From positions 1-59,071 of the IMG/VR virus record IMGVR_UViG_3300021961_000108: a stretch of DNA of 59,071 nucleotides. The stretch is one strand, 5' to 3'. The first letter of the stretch is position 1; each line of letters starts with the position of its first letter. The DNA comes from a virus (Duplodnaviria > Caudoviricetes). A program made the position numbers and the translations under genes. Below, one piece after another: positions 34,375 through 46,329 of this stretch. The notes beneath the pieces were generated by a model. That model made no database searches. It worked only from the letters and a program-made list of their open reading frames with translations, and was not told the DNA's origin.

Positions 34375-37300
34375 ATGACTATAATAAATATTTTAGAAGA
34401 CTCTAATAACCCCACAAAATATCTTATAGTTACTAGTCAAGATGGCACTAGTGAAACACTAGTAACAACAAATGTTCTAGTTACTACCAGTTCTAATAAT
34501 AGGGCTGAGCTTATAGAGATTACTAAAATTCCAGGACCAAAAGGAGATAAAGGAGATATTGGTCCGGTTGGTCCAGCGGGACAAAATGGAGTAGTTTTTG
34601 ATATACTACCTATTAATAGTGGTGGTACTAATAACTCATCTTTTATTACGGATAAAGTAATATATTATGATGGGACTAAATTATCTAGTTCAGATCTAGA
34701 TATAAATAGTATTCAAACAAATATTATTAGTAATATTTATTCTGGTACAGGACTATCCAAGGTCCAAAGTGGAGATACTGTTACTCTTAATGCTAATCTT
34801 GGAGATGGATTAACAATTGTTGGCGAAAATCAAATAGGCATAGATACTAATATTGTTATTACAAAAAGTACATTGGATCTATCTGATACAAGTTTTTATC
34901 AAGGTATTTTACCCATAAACTATGGCGGCACCAATAATACTTTTTTTGGATTAAACTCTTTAGTATACTATGATGGAAGTAAATTAGCAACCTATCCCAT
35001 TCCCACCGGACAAATTGTTCATAGTGGTCAAAAAATTAGTGTTGTTGCCGGATCTGGGCTGGTCGGTGGTGGAGATATTACTCTACCAAATGGATCGGTT
35101 GTGATAAAGCTACAAAATTCAGATGATATTATTGTTTTTGATGATCATATAGAATTATCTAATATTATTTCTAGTGGAACTTATACTAAAGTATATGTAA
35201 ATAATAAAGGCAGAGTAATTGGCGGAACTAATCTGACTCTAAGTGATATTATTGCGGCTGTTGGAGGTACTCCATGGACTTCAGCAAATGATGGAGATGG
35301 TTCAGGATTAGATGCTGATTTATTGGATGGACAACAGTCGTCATATTACAGAGACGCTAGTAATATTACTGGAGTATTATCGACCAACCTTTTACCTGAT
35401 ATAGTTACTGCTGGCACAGCTTCTAAGGTACAATTTAATGCAAAGGGACTAATAGTTGATTCTGGAGTTTTACAATATCTAGATATTACAGATGCTTTAG
35501 GATATGTCCCTTTCGATAAAGGTGGTGGACAAATACTAAATGATGTAGAAATATTAGGAAATATTACCGCCGAAAGCGGTTTTTTTACAGATAATAGTAT
35601 AACACTAGGACAACCATATAATACAAATGACATAAGAGGAATACGATTCAGATACAACGATGTTCCTGCAAAATATGCTGTTTTAGCGTACTATCCAGCA
35701 GAAAATATTTTTCGTATATCTTCAGAAAGTCCTGGTACTAGCGGCGTTGTATTAACTCTTGAAAGAGCAGATAGTAAATATGTTGCTGTAACTGGCGAAC
35801 AACAAATTAGTGGTATAAAAACATTTTTAAATAGTATTCAATTATATGCCAGACTAATTGTACGTAATCCCACACCAGAGTTACCTCCATTTGATATAGG
35901 ATCTAACGATAAATTAGTACAATTCTTAAATTCTGATCTTTTAGACGATCAACATGGATGGTACTACAGAAATGCCATTAATTTAACAGGAACTTTGAAT
36001 TCTGATGTTATCATTCCGCATATTCAAAGTCGTGCAACGGTTTCATATTCAAATATTAACTCTCCAGATGATGGTTATTTGGAATACTTCCCAATTTTCC
36101 ATAGACCATCCTCCGGACATCCTATGGTATTAAGATCTAGTTATGTATATCAGACAGGATATAATATCCATATGGATGATGCTAGTTTGTCTATCGGACA
36201 AAATACTTTGGATGATAATATTACAAATTCTTTGGTGATCGGAACATCAAACAGCGGTAGTGCTCTTGCTCAAAATAGTTTAGCAGTTGGGTATGAAAAT
36301 ACTATTTCTGGAACAAATTCTTTAGCATTAAATTATAGAAGCTCTGCGGGTAAAAACAATAGCATAGCACTTGGTAAATACGGAGAAACCTGGGTTGATG
36401 ATCAAATATCAATAGGTGGATTCAAAAATTTCAATGTTGGTCAAGATGGTATCGCTCGTAAAGATTCTCATGGTCAATTATCTTATATACCATTAAAGTA
36501 TCATGGAGAGGCTGCCGGATATGTAAATATTTTAACGTTTACTTTACCAGAAAACAAAACTCTAGAGTATGAAGCAGAGCTGCTGTTCACGAAACAAAAA
36601 AATACTGGCGTAGCATCTTTTCAGATTACACCAGGAATAGTAAAAAATTATGGCTATAGGGATCCGGCCAGGGGTTATGCTGCATATAAAAAAGCTACAA
36701 TGGCAACTCACCATACCATAAAAGAGATATATAATAATTCTCAAGAAAGAACGTATGGATTATCTGTTAACTTAGTAACTGATCATGATGATATTTCAAG
36801 AACAAATAACTTAGAAGTAACAGCAGCTCCTTATCAATATCAAAGTCTTGATATCCAATCTTATGCTAATCCTGTAGTAATTTATCCTAAATCCGATTTT
36901 AGTACAAAGTTAAAAGCCACTAGAGATTCATCTGATCTGGGGTCAACATATAGAAAAAACTTTGTTGTTAAATTAGAACCATACGATAGGTCTCCTTTTA
37001 ATACTGGCGCACCAATAACTCTTGGCAGAAATATTAATCATATAACAGAATGTTTATATTATAGGCCATCAGGATCAAAAAATGGTATTATAAAATTTCC
37101 TAATCATGGATTAAGCAATCAATGTCCGTTTGATTCTTCTATATATATTGGTACAGGTAATATTAAATTATTAGCTAGAACAGATCAAATATTCGATTTT
37201 GGTATGCCCAAAGTTCGTAATACTGGATTATATACAAAGTCATTTTTTAGAGAAAATACTACTGGTAATCTGATTTACAGAACATATATTGATAAAAATA

Positions 37301-40300
37301 TTTATGGAACTATTAGCGGCACAGTATCATTTGACATTTATAAGACAAGTGGAACAACATACGAAGGCAATCTTATTTCTCCAGTCTTACCAACAGGAAC
37401 TACACAATGGAATGATAATTTTCCAGGATCCCATTCCGTTTATGCTACAACTTTATCATTTAATTTTCAAACAACTGGAATAAATTTATCAAATAATAAC
37501 TGGTCTGAATTATATAGTGAAAACAAAGCGCTATCTATTATTAAAAATAATAGTAGTGATTGGAATACATATGGTTTAAGTAATAGTATTAGCGGATATG
37601 TTAATTCCTATCTTGGATTGATAGAGTTTAATTTAAATACTAGTCTCCCTTTATCCGGACCAAATATTTATTTGTATACCAACCCACCATTTCCAGAAGG
37701 AGATGGACAAAATGTATATTTTAATCCGGATTACTATATTGATGATACCAATGCTACCATAAATATTTTACCATATTCTTATATACAATATCTATACGAT
37801 AATTTTTCTTATATAGATCTTAATACTATAGGATTTACTCAAAAACAATTATGTTATATTAATAATAATGATATGATCTTATTATCATATCCAACAACAT
37901 CAAAATATAGAGTAAATTCTAGTGTTACGCCATCCATAGATAATTTATATTTAGAAAAAAATGATACTATATTTATTAATGATACGTTAGATAATATTGC
38001 TAATATTTATATAGATAATAGTGGTCAAAAACATTATACTCTCACAAATTCGTATTCTGCTGGAACAGGATATGTTTATTTAGCAAGTTCAATCTCTGGT
38101 TTGGGTATTTCTTCTAGCAAATCATTCAATAATACAACTGGAACATATACATATAGTAGAAGTTCTAACTCTGATTATAGTACTATTTTACATGCAACTA
38201 CTTATGCTCCATTAACATCAGCCCCGATCATTGGATGTGTTCCTAATGAGCCCCCACACTATAGTCCAACGTGCTTGTATATTGTACCAACAGGACACGA
38301 ATTTATATTTACTCTTAATAGTGGAATTATTCCTAGTGGATCAGACTATGCCGATAATCTTGCATGGACATCATTTAATAGCAACTCTTTGATTGCTACA
38401 TCGTCTGTTATTTTACCACTTGGTCAAGATAGTATTAATTTACCACCTTTATTAATTCCAGAAGCTAGTATATATAGTAGTGGAATTAATGCTGTAAGAT
38501 GTAATGCCTCGATATTTGATTTTCGTTTAGATAATTTAAGATTGTCTAATACATACTACAATATATGGTATAGTGGATATAGTTCAGAAGCTAATACTGG
38601 TACTAATTCTATATATAATAATTTACCTGCTATTTTAGTTAGTGGAGATGTTAATCGATTCTATTTGGCAGTTACTGGAACCGGCGACTGCACTTTTGCT
38701 TATAAGGTATTAACAACTTTAGATAGTAATAATCAAAATTATATATCTAATACTTTTAGATCTCAAATTAATAATACTATCCCTACTATAGATAATATTG
38801 GAAACAAAATTATAAGGTGTTCTGACTGGGGATTATTGTCTAATCCTAATTGGTATGGTTCGGTAGATGTTAGTAATATTTCAGATTTAGATTTTAGTGT
38901 ATCATTACCACTATCATTAAACAATGATTTTATTAAAATTTTATCTACCAATACCTCTTCCACTGGTGTTTCTATTATCGGTTCTGGCACAGGATATCTA
39001 TCACCAGCCGATACTGGATTATGGACATCTTATGGTTTATCAGGGTTAAATAATATTTATGGGGATATTATATTATATCTAAAAGCTAGAGATAATTATA
39101 AGTATACTAATTTTAGTGGAATATTAAGTACTGGAATACCCAGCGATAATACAATCTATAGCAGAGGACTATTAGTTACAGAAATATATCCAGAAATTGT
39201 TTGTAATATATACTCATCAAATGGACAAAATACAGGGGTTTATTCTGTATCATTATCTAATAAGCAGGATTATCATACATTAACAGTTACTTGTCCTAGC
39301 TATCTAGATTATTTTAGAATACTATCATCCAATAAAACTCTAGATATTCATAATAATTTAAATATATCTTTTAATCTATTAGATAACAGTAATAGTGGTA
39401 TTGTATCTGGTATATTTTTACCCAATACTCAAAGAAATAAATATATAGTAAATAAACCATATAGTAAAATGTACAATGTTAGTAATGACACTTTTACTGT
39501 TGCTGTATTAAGTGGATATATGCCATCTGGTCTTCCAAATTCTGGACCAGTTATTCTTAATATTCCAAAAATATATGATCTTTTACATACTAGTCAGATT
39601 CCGTCCTATCATACAGAATCTCGTGGATCTTTTGATTTTAGATCTACCAGTAGTATTCTATCTAATGGATTATATACAATTGAAAGTTTTGATGAATATA
39701 GTATGTATTTATATGATTTTGCTAGAGTATTTGTTACCGGCTCTGACTATGGAACAGGAACTCTACAATACAATAATATTGGTTATAATATTACAGATGA
39801 TAAATTTAGTTTATGGGGTAAAAATTTTGCTGGAGACACTATTCTACATCCTTGGAGAGATGTACCAACATTTATATCCGATATTGCTGGATCGTGCGAA
39901 TCTGGTCGTTTATGTATTAGATTTTCTGGAATACCCAACTATTTTCAACTGAATGATAGTTTTTGGGTTGATGTAATACCTAATATTTATCCTCAATCTA
40001 CTAATTTAGTATATGCTAATGGATATTATGTAACAGGATTAAGTGGAGTCAATGATTCTACAATTTATATAAAGTGTCCTAGTGGAGTTCATTCTGGTAT
40101 AGTTCTTGGTATGAATACTTTTGATGCGTTTAATTATGTTCCGCTTAATTCATATATTACCACTTTTATAAGTGGAGAAGTTATTAGATTGAATAATAAT
40201 AATATTGGAGTACCACCAGTTTTCTACAATAATGTCCATGCTGGAACACTAAATAATCCATACTTATTTAGTTTTAGTAGAGAAACTATTGCTCAAAATA

Positions 40301-43300
40301 CTGAAAGTAATAATTTAAGAGAAGCTTGGAGAAATTTTATATCGGGTAGTTACACAATCTATAAAGATGAGGTTGCTCCAACAGTAGTTAGTATATTAAC
40401 CAGAATTCCACCATTTTATTATGATGCTTCTCATCAATATTATTCTGCTTGGAACACAACTCAAGCAACTAGAGGCGTTAATGTTTGGAGAAATACTGGT
40501 TCGACCGGAATATCAATGATGATTACCGGCACACAAAATATTCAAACAGACAAAAATCCTAATTATGGATATAGATTTGTTAGTACAACACCGTCATTTA
40601 GTTTTGAACCAAGTATAACAGGATACAGCTTATCAGGTAATACCATACATTCTACTCGAAGCGGTAATTTTAGATTTGCTCTTGATGATCTTAATAAGTA
40701 TTTATCTGTTAGCTCTAATAGTGGATTATATAGACCAACAGCTGGTTCTGGAAGATTAAGCTCTACTGTTGTATTTCCAGCAGCTGCTGATTGGACTATT
40801 AATAGCAGTAAAAGTGAAACCGTAAATATAATAGCTACAGATATAGATAATTTTAAATTATTAGGCGTTGATCTTATTAATCATAATAATATACAAACCT
40901 CATTAATTAGTTCTGGTAATTATAATTATATTGCTAGTGGATTAGCTCAAAATAGTGGTATTACTTTACGTTTTGGCTTGTGTGGCGGCGCAGGAGTGGC
41001 TGACCATAGACCAGAAATACAAGTATATGGATTAGAATCTAGTTATTCTTATTCTTCTAAGCACATTTATGGCATTCCTACTGGTAATCAAGGACTACTA
41101 AATTATAGTGAACAAATTAGTCCATATTCAAATATATGGTATATAGATCTATATATTAATGAGTTAAATAATATATCTTCTTTTTCATACTTATTTAAAG
41201 ACATATTATCATCAAGAGTTAGTGGAACAATATTAAATATTAGTGGATTGCCACCAAGTCCTTATATTAACAATTTTACAACTACAACATATTCTAATGG
41301 AACTAATCCATGGGTAGTATCATTTGATATTGAAAATGTTAGTAGTGGAACAAGCATAGGAATAAGCGGAGGCAGTGGAAATAATGTACTAATAATTAGT
41401 AGTGGACTAGCTTATAATACTTATTTATCTAAATGGCAAGCTTATGCTCTTGGTTCTACTCCATCAACTAATACAGTGTATAATACTGTTCCATTGGCTA
41501 TAACTGGTGCAATTACAATTCCATATACAGGAAATATTAAAGTAACTGGTACCAATGCCTCATATGCGCCACGCATTACAAATGTAGTAGATACGGTAAA
41601 ATTTAGAAATACTGGACTTGATCCGATTACATTATATTTTAATTACCAAAAAGAAGTTGGAGAGACTACAAATCCAACTATTCAATTAACAAATTATCCA
41701 ACAGGAGCAACAGTAAATTCCGTAAAGATCAACGACCCCGAACTTTCTGCACTAAATCAAGCGACAAATAAAGAATTATGGAGAATTACTATTAGCAACA
41801 TTGGAGTTACTGGCTATACATTAAATGGTATGGTTTCATTATCTCCATATACAGATAATTTTTCTACTAATATAATATCTTACGATCCATTTGTAATAGA
41901 TGCTGTTCTTGTTCCTGATCCCATAACTTTTGCTGGCCGAAATTGGCAAATTAACATATCTACTCTTGGTGGCGGAGGACCTTCTTATTTACCATATATT
42001 CAATTATTTAATGCTCCATCTATGTATGGTACTGGTACTACGGCGTACGATTACAATGTTGGTGGATGGGACATATCATTAACTGGAAACTTAGATACTT
42101 TGAATAGATATAATATGGTGACAGGACTATATAATATCAATTTATATATTCAAGATATTATTAGTTCAGTTCCAACCACAACCACTATGACATATAAATG
42201 TCCAGCAAATATTTTTGATCTTAGAAAATGGTATGCAGTAAAAGATAAATCATATCCTATAAATCTAGAAATACCTAATTGCTGTCGTTCAGAATACAAC
42301 ACTCTCTCAAACAATTTCACTATAAATCCTGATCTGCCAACTTCGGAAACATTATCATATAAAAAATATAATCCATTTACTAATACATATGAATTACGAT
42401 ATACCGGAGATCCTCCTATCGAAAAGTGGAATACAAGATTAGAGATATCTAATATAGGTAGTGAATATAGTTATGATGATCCAAACTCTAATACTTTTAC
42501 TATTGATGTCAAAGGTTTAGATACAGATGTTATTAGTGTTATTGGTTTATTAAAAATGAAAGAATTAGAGGTTATTAGTACTGATTATCCTCCATTAGAA
42601 ATTATTAATGTTAATCCTGAAGAAGATAAAACTAAAGAGTTAATACAAGGAACAGATTGGACACTTAGTTTTAGTGTTGTAGGAGGACTATCTAACCTTA
42701 ACTATCCTCCAACAATACTATTGAGTGGACTTCCGTCAGTATGTAGTGGTTATTTTCCAGATATTGATCCTGATGGTCCTCCATGCTTATCTAGTTATAG
42801 TTTTAATAATACAACCCTAAGATGGTCATTTAATTTTACTGGATCAAGTAATTGTAACACAGGATTATATAATATCAGCATAAAAGCTTTTGATTCTACT
42901 GGAGAAGATACTGCTTTTACAAATATACTATATACTCCATTGGGTATTCCTGGACCAAAAGTACAGTCAGCATTTCAAACTAATTCATTATTTCCTAACT
43001 GTTTGCCATTTTCTGGAGATATTAAGATTATTTCTCCAGAAAGAGGATTACCATGTCCATATACCACAGGTATTAAAGGATGGGAATTGATAGGATCATT
43101 ACCTAATGGATTAGCACTAGTTTCTAATAATATTGTTGGCTTACATCCTAGTTTATATACTGGCACAGGAACTATCTCCATAACCGGTACAGCAACAGCA
43201 TTTCCAGAAAATAATGTTTTCCCTCCATTTATTATAAGAGCAACAGGATTAAACGATAAGACAGCGCAAGCAACGGTAACTATGAATACCGCAGGAGTTA

Positions 43301-45294
43301 CTCCGATTGATGACAATCCATTATCTTTGACTATTTATTTCCCTTATTCTGGATATATTAGTCCAACATACAAACAAAATGTTAATGATACTCCTCATGT
43401 TAAATCAGAAAGTCAGCATGTTTATAAGCCATATCCAAGTACTGGAGCAATGATTTGTAGAAGTACTTTGTCAGAAAATAATTGTCCAACTTACTATACT
43501 GGCACATATACATTAATGACTCCAACTGGTAGCGGAGTCAATATATCTTTTGGCAGATCACCTATTAGTTCTTCAAACGTATTTGCTGTATTTGATAATA
43601 ATTTAACTAATAATAAAAATGGTATATATCAATTATTCGATATTACAAATCAAGAATTTTTTGATAATATTACACAACAATTATATTATGAATATTATGG
43701 TAAGCTATCTACATTATGCAATCCAGCACCAACTTTATTCTCCGGCTTAACTCCAGAATCGGGCTTTATTAAGCTTATGCCATTTGAAGTAACATCTATG
43801 AATGTCCCAGCCAGTCTGGATCTCGGAGGATTACCAAAAGGAACTATAGGATGTAATACATGTCTTCTTGGAAATGGAGAATTACAACAAAATGAGGGAG
43901 CAACACTTAAATTAATTGGTAAAATGAGACCATCAATGGCTTTTAGTATTACAGGTAATTCTTACCCCCTACAAAATTATGATAGTAATAATTCGTGTTC
44001 TGCTGGTGGATTTGGTTTTAGTATTCCCAATCTTACTTTGGTAAGTGGTGTTGAAACACAATTGTTACCAGGTTTTCCTTCTGGAGAACAAGAAGAAATT
44101 TGCTTTACTAATTGTTATGAAACTGGAGTTGCATATATTAGTGGTGTCGTTGTACCAACACCCATTTTAGAAATTACAGATGCTCCAGTTCCTCCCTACA
44201 TTTATAACGGTCAGTCAAATTCATTTGCATTAAGGTGCTCTTTTGGAGATACCACTGTTAAGAGAAATAGAAAAGAAAACTATAGAGAATTAGAAATCAA
44301 ATATTATATTAAACATTTAAATAGCGGATTATATTGGGATAATACAAACTCATTATTCACAGCAACAAAAACATTTATAAGCAAAAATACAACAGCAGAT
44401 CCTGCTAGTCCACAATCAATAGGATATACGGCTCCAATTATCAGCAGTGGTGCAATATATGAATTATTTATGGAAAGAAAAGCTGATGATTTTCCGACTG
44501 TAAATATTAACTCGTATCCATATATTAGTAATTCTATTTATTGGATTCATAGGGCTAATGATGATTCCACCCCAGCTGTATCTAGCACATATCCTGGATT
44601 CATGCCAATAAATTATGGCAGTGGATTAATTATACAAACAGGAGTTCCGTTCTATATTGCTGCACAAATTCTTGGTGGTAGTGGTTCATATCAACCTTCT
44701 ATATCTGGCTATCTAACATTAGCAAATCAGACAGGTGAAGTATTAGATATTAATGGCTTATCACATAATTTAGCAACAAGTATTAGTGGTTCTAATATAA
44801 CAGATGGCTTATGGAATATTCAAATTACTGGAAATATTACTGGACTATTTAATTCGTATCTTGTTGATTATGATCTTAGAATGGGTATTACAGAAAATAT
44901 ATTGGCCCCATTCCCCAAATCAACCACGAACATTATTCCTGTTACACTGGTTAAGCCGTTAGAACTAACTATTACTAGTGCTGGTGGCACAACATTGTCT
45001 GTAAATATTGGTACACAATGGGTGCTTTCGTTTAATATATCTGGAGGAAATAGACCACCAAGATATCATACTAATACTAGCCAGTGGGCTATTGATAATG
45101 AGCCGATTATAGAAATTAATGGAGATATTTGTAACTATACTATACAAAATAAAATATATAATGTCAATAATAATACTTGGTCATTTACATTGAGATCCAC
45201 AGCAATTATAAATAGCAATACTGTGTTAAACCTAGTTTATATTGATAAATTACAATACTCTATATCTGAAACAATAAACGTTCAAGTGGTATAA
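34375..45294 (+). CDS. Giant virion fibre/adhesin protein, 3639 aa
   Basis: Short collagen repeat (GPKGDKGDIGPVGPAGQNG), GTYTKV.V..KGR and LDADLLDG fibre motifs, head-like NSLAxG repeats, C-terminal Ig/cadherin-like repeats. Confidence 0.8.
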   Translation: MTIINILEDSNNPTKYLIVTSQDGTSETLVTTNVLVTTSSNNRAELIEITKIPGPKGDKGDIGPVGPAGQNGVVFDILPINSGGTNNSSFITDKVIYYDGTKLSSSDLDINSIQTNIISNIYSGTGLSKVQSGDTVTLNANLGDGLTIVGENQIGIDTNIVITKSTLDLSDTSFYQGILPINYGGTNNTFFGLNSLVYYDGSKLATYPIPTGQIVHSGQKISVVAGSGLVGGGDITLPNGSVVIKLQNSDDIIVFDDHIELSNIISSGTYTKVYVNNKGRVIGGTNLTLSDIIAAVGGTPWTSANDGDGSGLDADLLDGQQSSYYRDASNITGVLSTNLLPDIVTAGTASKVQFNAKGLIVDSGVLQYLDITDALGYVPFDKGGGQILNDVEILGNITAESGFFTDNSITLGQPYNTNDIRGIRFRYNDVPAKYAVLAYYPAENIFRISSESPGTSGVVLTLERADSKYVAVTGEQQISGIKTFLNSIQLYARLIVRNPTPELPPFDIGSNDKLVQFLNSDLLDDQHGWYYRNAINLTGTLNSDVIIPHIQSRATVSYSNINSPDDGYLEYFPIFHRPSSGHPMVLRSSYVYQTGYNIHMDDASLSIGQNTLDDNITNSLVIGTSNSGSALAQNSLAVGYENTISGTNSLALNYRSSAGKNNSIALGKYGETWVDDQISIGGFKNFNVGQDGIARKDSHGQLSYIPLKYHGEAAGYVNILTFTLPENKTLEYEAELLFTKQKNTGVASFQITPGIVKNYGYRDPARGYAAYKKATMATHHTIKEIYNNSQERTYGLSVNLVTDHDDISRTNNLEVTAAPYQYQSLDIQSYANPVVIYPKSDFSTKLKATRDSSDLGSTYRKNFVVKLEPYDRSPFNTGAPITLGRNINHITECLYYRPSGSKNGIIKFPNHGLSNQCPFDSSIYIGTGNIKLLARTDQIFDFGMPKVRNTGLYTKSFFRENTTGNLIYRTYIDKNIYGTISGTVSFDIYKTSGTTYEGNLISPVLPTGTTQWNDNFPGSHSVYATTLSFNFQTTGINLSNNNWSELYSENKALSIIKNNSSDWNTYGLSNSISGYVNSYLGLIEFNLNTSLPLSGPNIYLYTNPPFPEGDGQNVYFNPDYYIDDTNATINILPYSYIQYLYDNFSYIDLNTIGFTQKQLCYINNNDMILLSYPTTSKYRVNSSVTPSIDNLYLEKNDTIFINDTLDNIANIYIDNSGQKHYTLTNSYSAGTGYVYLASSISGLGISSSKSFNNTTGTYTYSRSSNSDYSTILHATTYAPLTSAPIIGCVPNEPPHYSPTCLYIVPTGHEFIFTLNSGIIPSGSDYADNLAWTSFNSNSLIATSSVILPLGQDSINLPPLLIPEASIYSSGINAVRCNASIFDFRLDNLRLSNTYYNIWYSGYSSEANTGTNSIYNNLPAILVSGDVNRFYLAVTGTGDCTFAYKVLTTLDSNNQNYISNTFRSQINNTIPTIDNIGNKIIRCSDWGLLSNPNWYGSVDVSNISDLDFSVSLPLSLNNDFIKILSTNTSSTGVSIIGSGTGYLSPADTGLWTSYGLSGLNNIYGDIILYLKARDNYKYTNFSGILSTGIPSDNTIYSRGLLVTEIYPEIVCNIYSSNGQNTGVYSVSLSNKQDYHTLTVTCPSYLDYFRILSSNKTLDIHNNLNISFNLLDNSNSGIVSGIFLPNTQRNKYIVNKPYSKMYNVSNDTFTVAVLSGYMPSGLPNSGPVILNIPKIYDLLHTSQIPSYHTESRGSFDFRSTSSILSNGLYTIESFDEYSMYLYDFARVFVTGSDYGTGTLQYNNIGYNITDDKFSLWGKNFAGDTILHPWRDVPTFISDIAGSCESGRLCIRFSGIPNYFQLNDSFWVDVIPNIYPQSTNLVYANGYYVTGLSGVNDSTIYIKCPSGVHSGIVLGMNTFDAFNYVPLNSYITTFISGEVIRLNNNNIGVPPVFYNNVHAGTLNNPYLFSFSRETIAQNTESNNLREAWRNFISGSYTIYKDEVAPTVVSILTRIPPFYYDASHQYYSAWNTTQATRGVNVWRNTGSTGISMMITGTQNIQTDKNPNYGYRFVSTTPSFSFEPSITGYSLSGNTIHSTRSGNFRFALDDLNKYLSVSSNSGLYRPTAGSGRLSSTVVFPAAADWTINSSKSETVNIIATDIDNFKLLGVDLINHNNIQTSLISSGNYNYIASGLAQNSGITLRFGLCGGAGVADHRPEIQVYGLESSYSYSSKHIYGIPTGNQGLLNYSEQISPYSNIWYIDLYINELNNISSFSYLFKDILSSRVSGTILNISGLPPSPYINNFTTTTYSNGTNPWVVSFDIENVSSGTSIGISGGSGNNVLIISSGLAYNTYLSKWQAYALGSTPSTNTVYNTVPLAITGAITIPYTGNIKVTGTNASYAPRITNVVDTVKFRNTGLDPITLYFNYQKEVGETTNPTIQLTNYPTGATVNSVKINDPELSALNQATNKELWRITISNIGVTGYTLNGMVSLSPYTDNFSTNIISYDPFVIDAVLVPDPITFAGRNWQINISTLGGGGPSYLPYIQLFNAPSMYGTGTTAYDYNVGGWDISLTGNLDTLNRYNMVTGLYNINLYIQDIISSVPTTTTMTYKCPANIFDLRKWYAVKDKSYPINLEIPNCCRSEYNTLSNNFTINPDLPTSETLSYKKYNPFTNTYELRYTGDPPIEKWNTRLEISNIGSEYSYDDPNSNTFTIDVKGLDTDVISVIGLLKMKELEVISTDYPPLEIINVNPEEDKTKELIQGTDWTLSFSVVGGLSNLNYPPTILLSGLPSVCSGYFPDIDPDGPPCLSSYSFNNTTLRWSFNFTGSSNCNTGLYNISIKAFDSTGEDTAFTNILYTPLGIPGPKVQSAFQTNSLFPNCLPFSGDIKIISPERGLPCPYTTGIKGWELIGSLPNGLALVSNNIVGLHPSLYTGTGTISITGTATAFPENNVFPPFIIRATGLNDKTAQATVTMNTAGVTPIDDNPLSLTIYFPYSGYISPTYKQNVNDTPHVKSESQHVYKPYPSTGAMICRSTLSENNCPTYYTGTYTLMTPTGSGVNISFGRSPISSSNVFAVFDNNLTNNKNGIYQLFDITNQEFFDNITQQLYYEYYGKLSTLCNPAPTLFSGLTPESGFIKLMPFEVTSMNVPASLDLGGLPKGTIGCNTCLLGNGELQQNEGATLKLIGKMRPSMAFSITGNSYPLQNYDSNNSCSAGGFGFSIPNLTLVSGVETQLLPGFPSGEQEEICFTNCYETGVAYISGVVVPTPILEITDAPVPPYIYNGQSNSFALRCSFGDTTVKRNRKENYRELEIKYYIKHLNSGLYWDNTNSLFTATKTFISKNTTADPASPQSIGYTAPIISSGAIYELFMERKADDFPTVNINSYPYISNSIYWIHRANDDSTPAVSSTYPGFMPINYGSGLIIQTGVPFYIAAQILGGSGSYQPSISGYLTLANQTGEVLDINGLSHNLATSISGSNITDGLWNIQITGNITGLFNSYLVDYDLRMGITENILAPFPKSTTNIIPVTLVKPLELTITSAGGTTLSVNIGTQWVLSFNISGGNRPPRYHTNTSQWAIDNEPIIEINGDICNYTIQNKIYNVNNNTWSFTLRSTAIINSNTVLNLVYIDKLQYSISETINVQVV

Positions 45295-45296
45295 TT

Positions 45297-45959
45297 ATGG
45301 CTACTATTTTACCAATCCAGCAACCAACATACACAGTTAGTGTCGCTTCATACAATCCTAGCGATACCGGAACATTGATGGGCGTTGATGTTACTATTAG
45401 AGACTTATTGGCTACCCAAATATCTATTATAGAAACTACCAGAGGACTACAAGGATATACCGGTCAACAAGGTAGTGGTTTTAGATATTTCAAAAATAGT
45501 TCAAATGTTAATAATTATATAGAAGCTAGTGGTACTTCTGATAGTATATTTATAGCATCATCTGGCAACACTCAATTATCTTTTAATAATACTACAAAAA
45601 CTCTCACAATTGGATCTACTCCATTTGATACAGGTAATGTCCCTCTACCGTTATCCATCGGTGGCACCAATAACAATATTTATGATTTAGATTATTTACT
45701 ATATTATGATGGCAATAAATTAACTAGTTCATCAATTAGCGAAACACTATTGTCTAATCTTGTAACATCTGGAACCACACTTAAAATTGGAGACGGAACT
45801 AATACGCAAATTAATTGCAATATTCTTGATAAATTGAATATAGTTGGATCTACAGGAATACAAATAAATTATGATGATATAACTAATACTGTAACTATTG
45901 GATCAAGCGGAACCAAAAAAACACTATCACCACTAGTAGCATCACTTATTTTCGGATAG
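45297..45959 (+). CDS. Fibre-related virion protein
   Basis: Short Gly-X-Y stretch; PLSIGGTNN...YYDGNKL motif shared with the giant protein; ends SLIFG. Confidence 0.7.
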   Translation: MATILPIQQPTYTVSVASYNPSDTGTLMGVDVTIRDLLATQISIIETTRGLQGYTGQQGSGFRYFKNSSNVNNYIEASGTSDSIFIASSGNTQLSFNNTTKTLTIGSTPFDTGNVPLPLSIGGTNNNIYDLDYLLYYDGNKLTSSSISETLLSNLVTSGTTLKIGDGTNTQINCNILDKLNIVGSTGIQINYDDITNTVTIGSSGTKKTLSPLVASLIFG

Positions 45960-45969
45960 GAGAAATAAA

Positions 45970-46329
45970 ATGGCAGACCCTAATATTGTTGATACAACTA
46001 TTGTTAAAGGCAAAACAGCGGTTACCGATAATATACCGTCTACTGGTATTACATTATTAACAAATAGTACTAGTAATTCTGTATATAAAATTGGAACATT
46101 AGTTGTTAGTAATATTGATGGAAGTTCACCATATGATCTTAGCGTTAATTTTGTAAGAAATAGTACGTCGTATAAATTAGTTAGTACAGTAGCTATTCCA
46201 CAAGATTCTAGCTTAGTAGTTATATCACGAGATACTAGTATATATTTACAAGAAAATGATTCTTTAAACTTAGTTGCAAGTACAAGTAATAAATTACAGG
46301 CTGTTTGTAGCTATGAGGAAATTTTATGA
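45970..46329 (+). CDS. Conserved-looking small phage structural protein
   Basis: AGGAG SD; MADPNIV...VSNIDG...IYLQENDSL...CSYEEI. Confidence 0.7.
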   Translation: MADPNIVDTTIVKGKTAVTDNIPSTGITLLTNSTSNSVYKIGTLVVSNIDGSSPYDLSVNFVRNSTSYKLVSTVAIPQDSSLVVISRDTSIYLQENDSLNLVASTSNKLQAVCSYEEIL

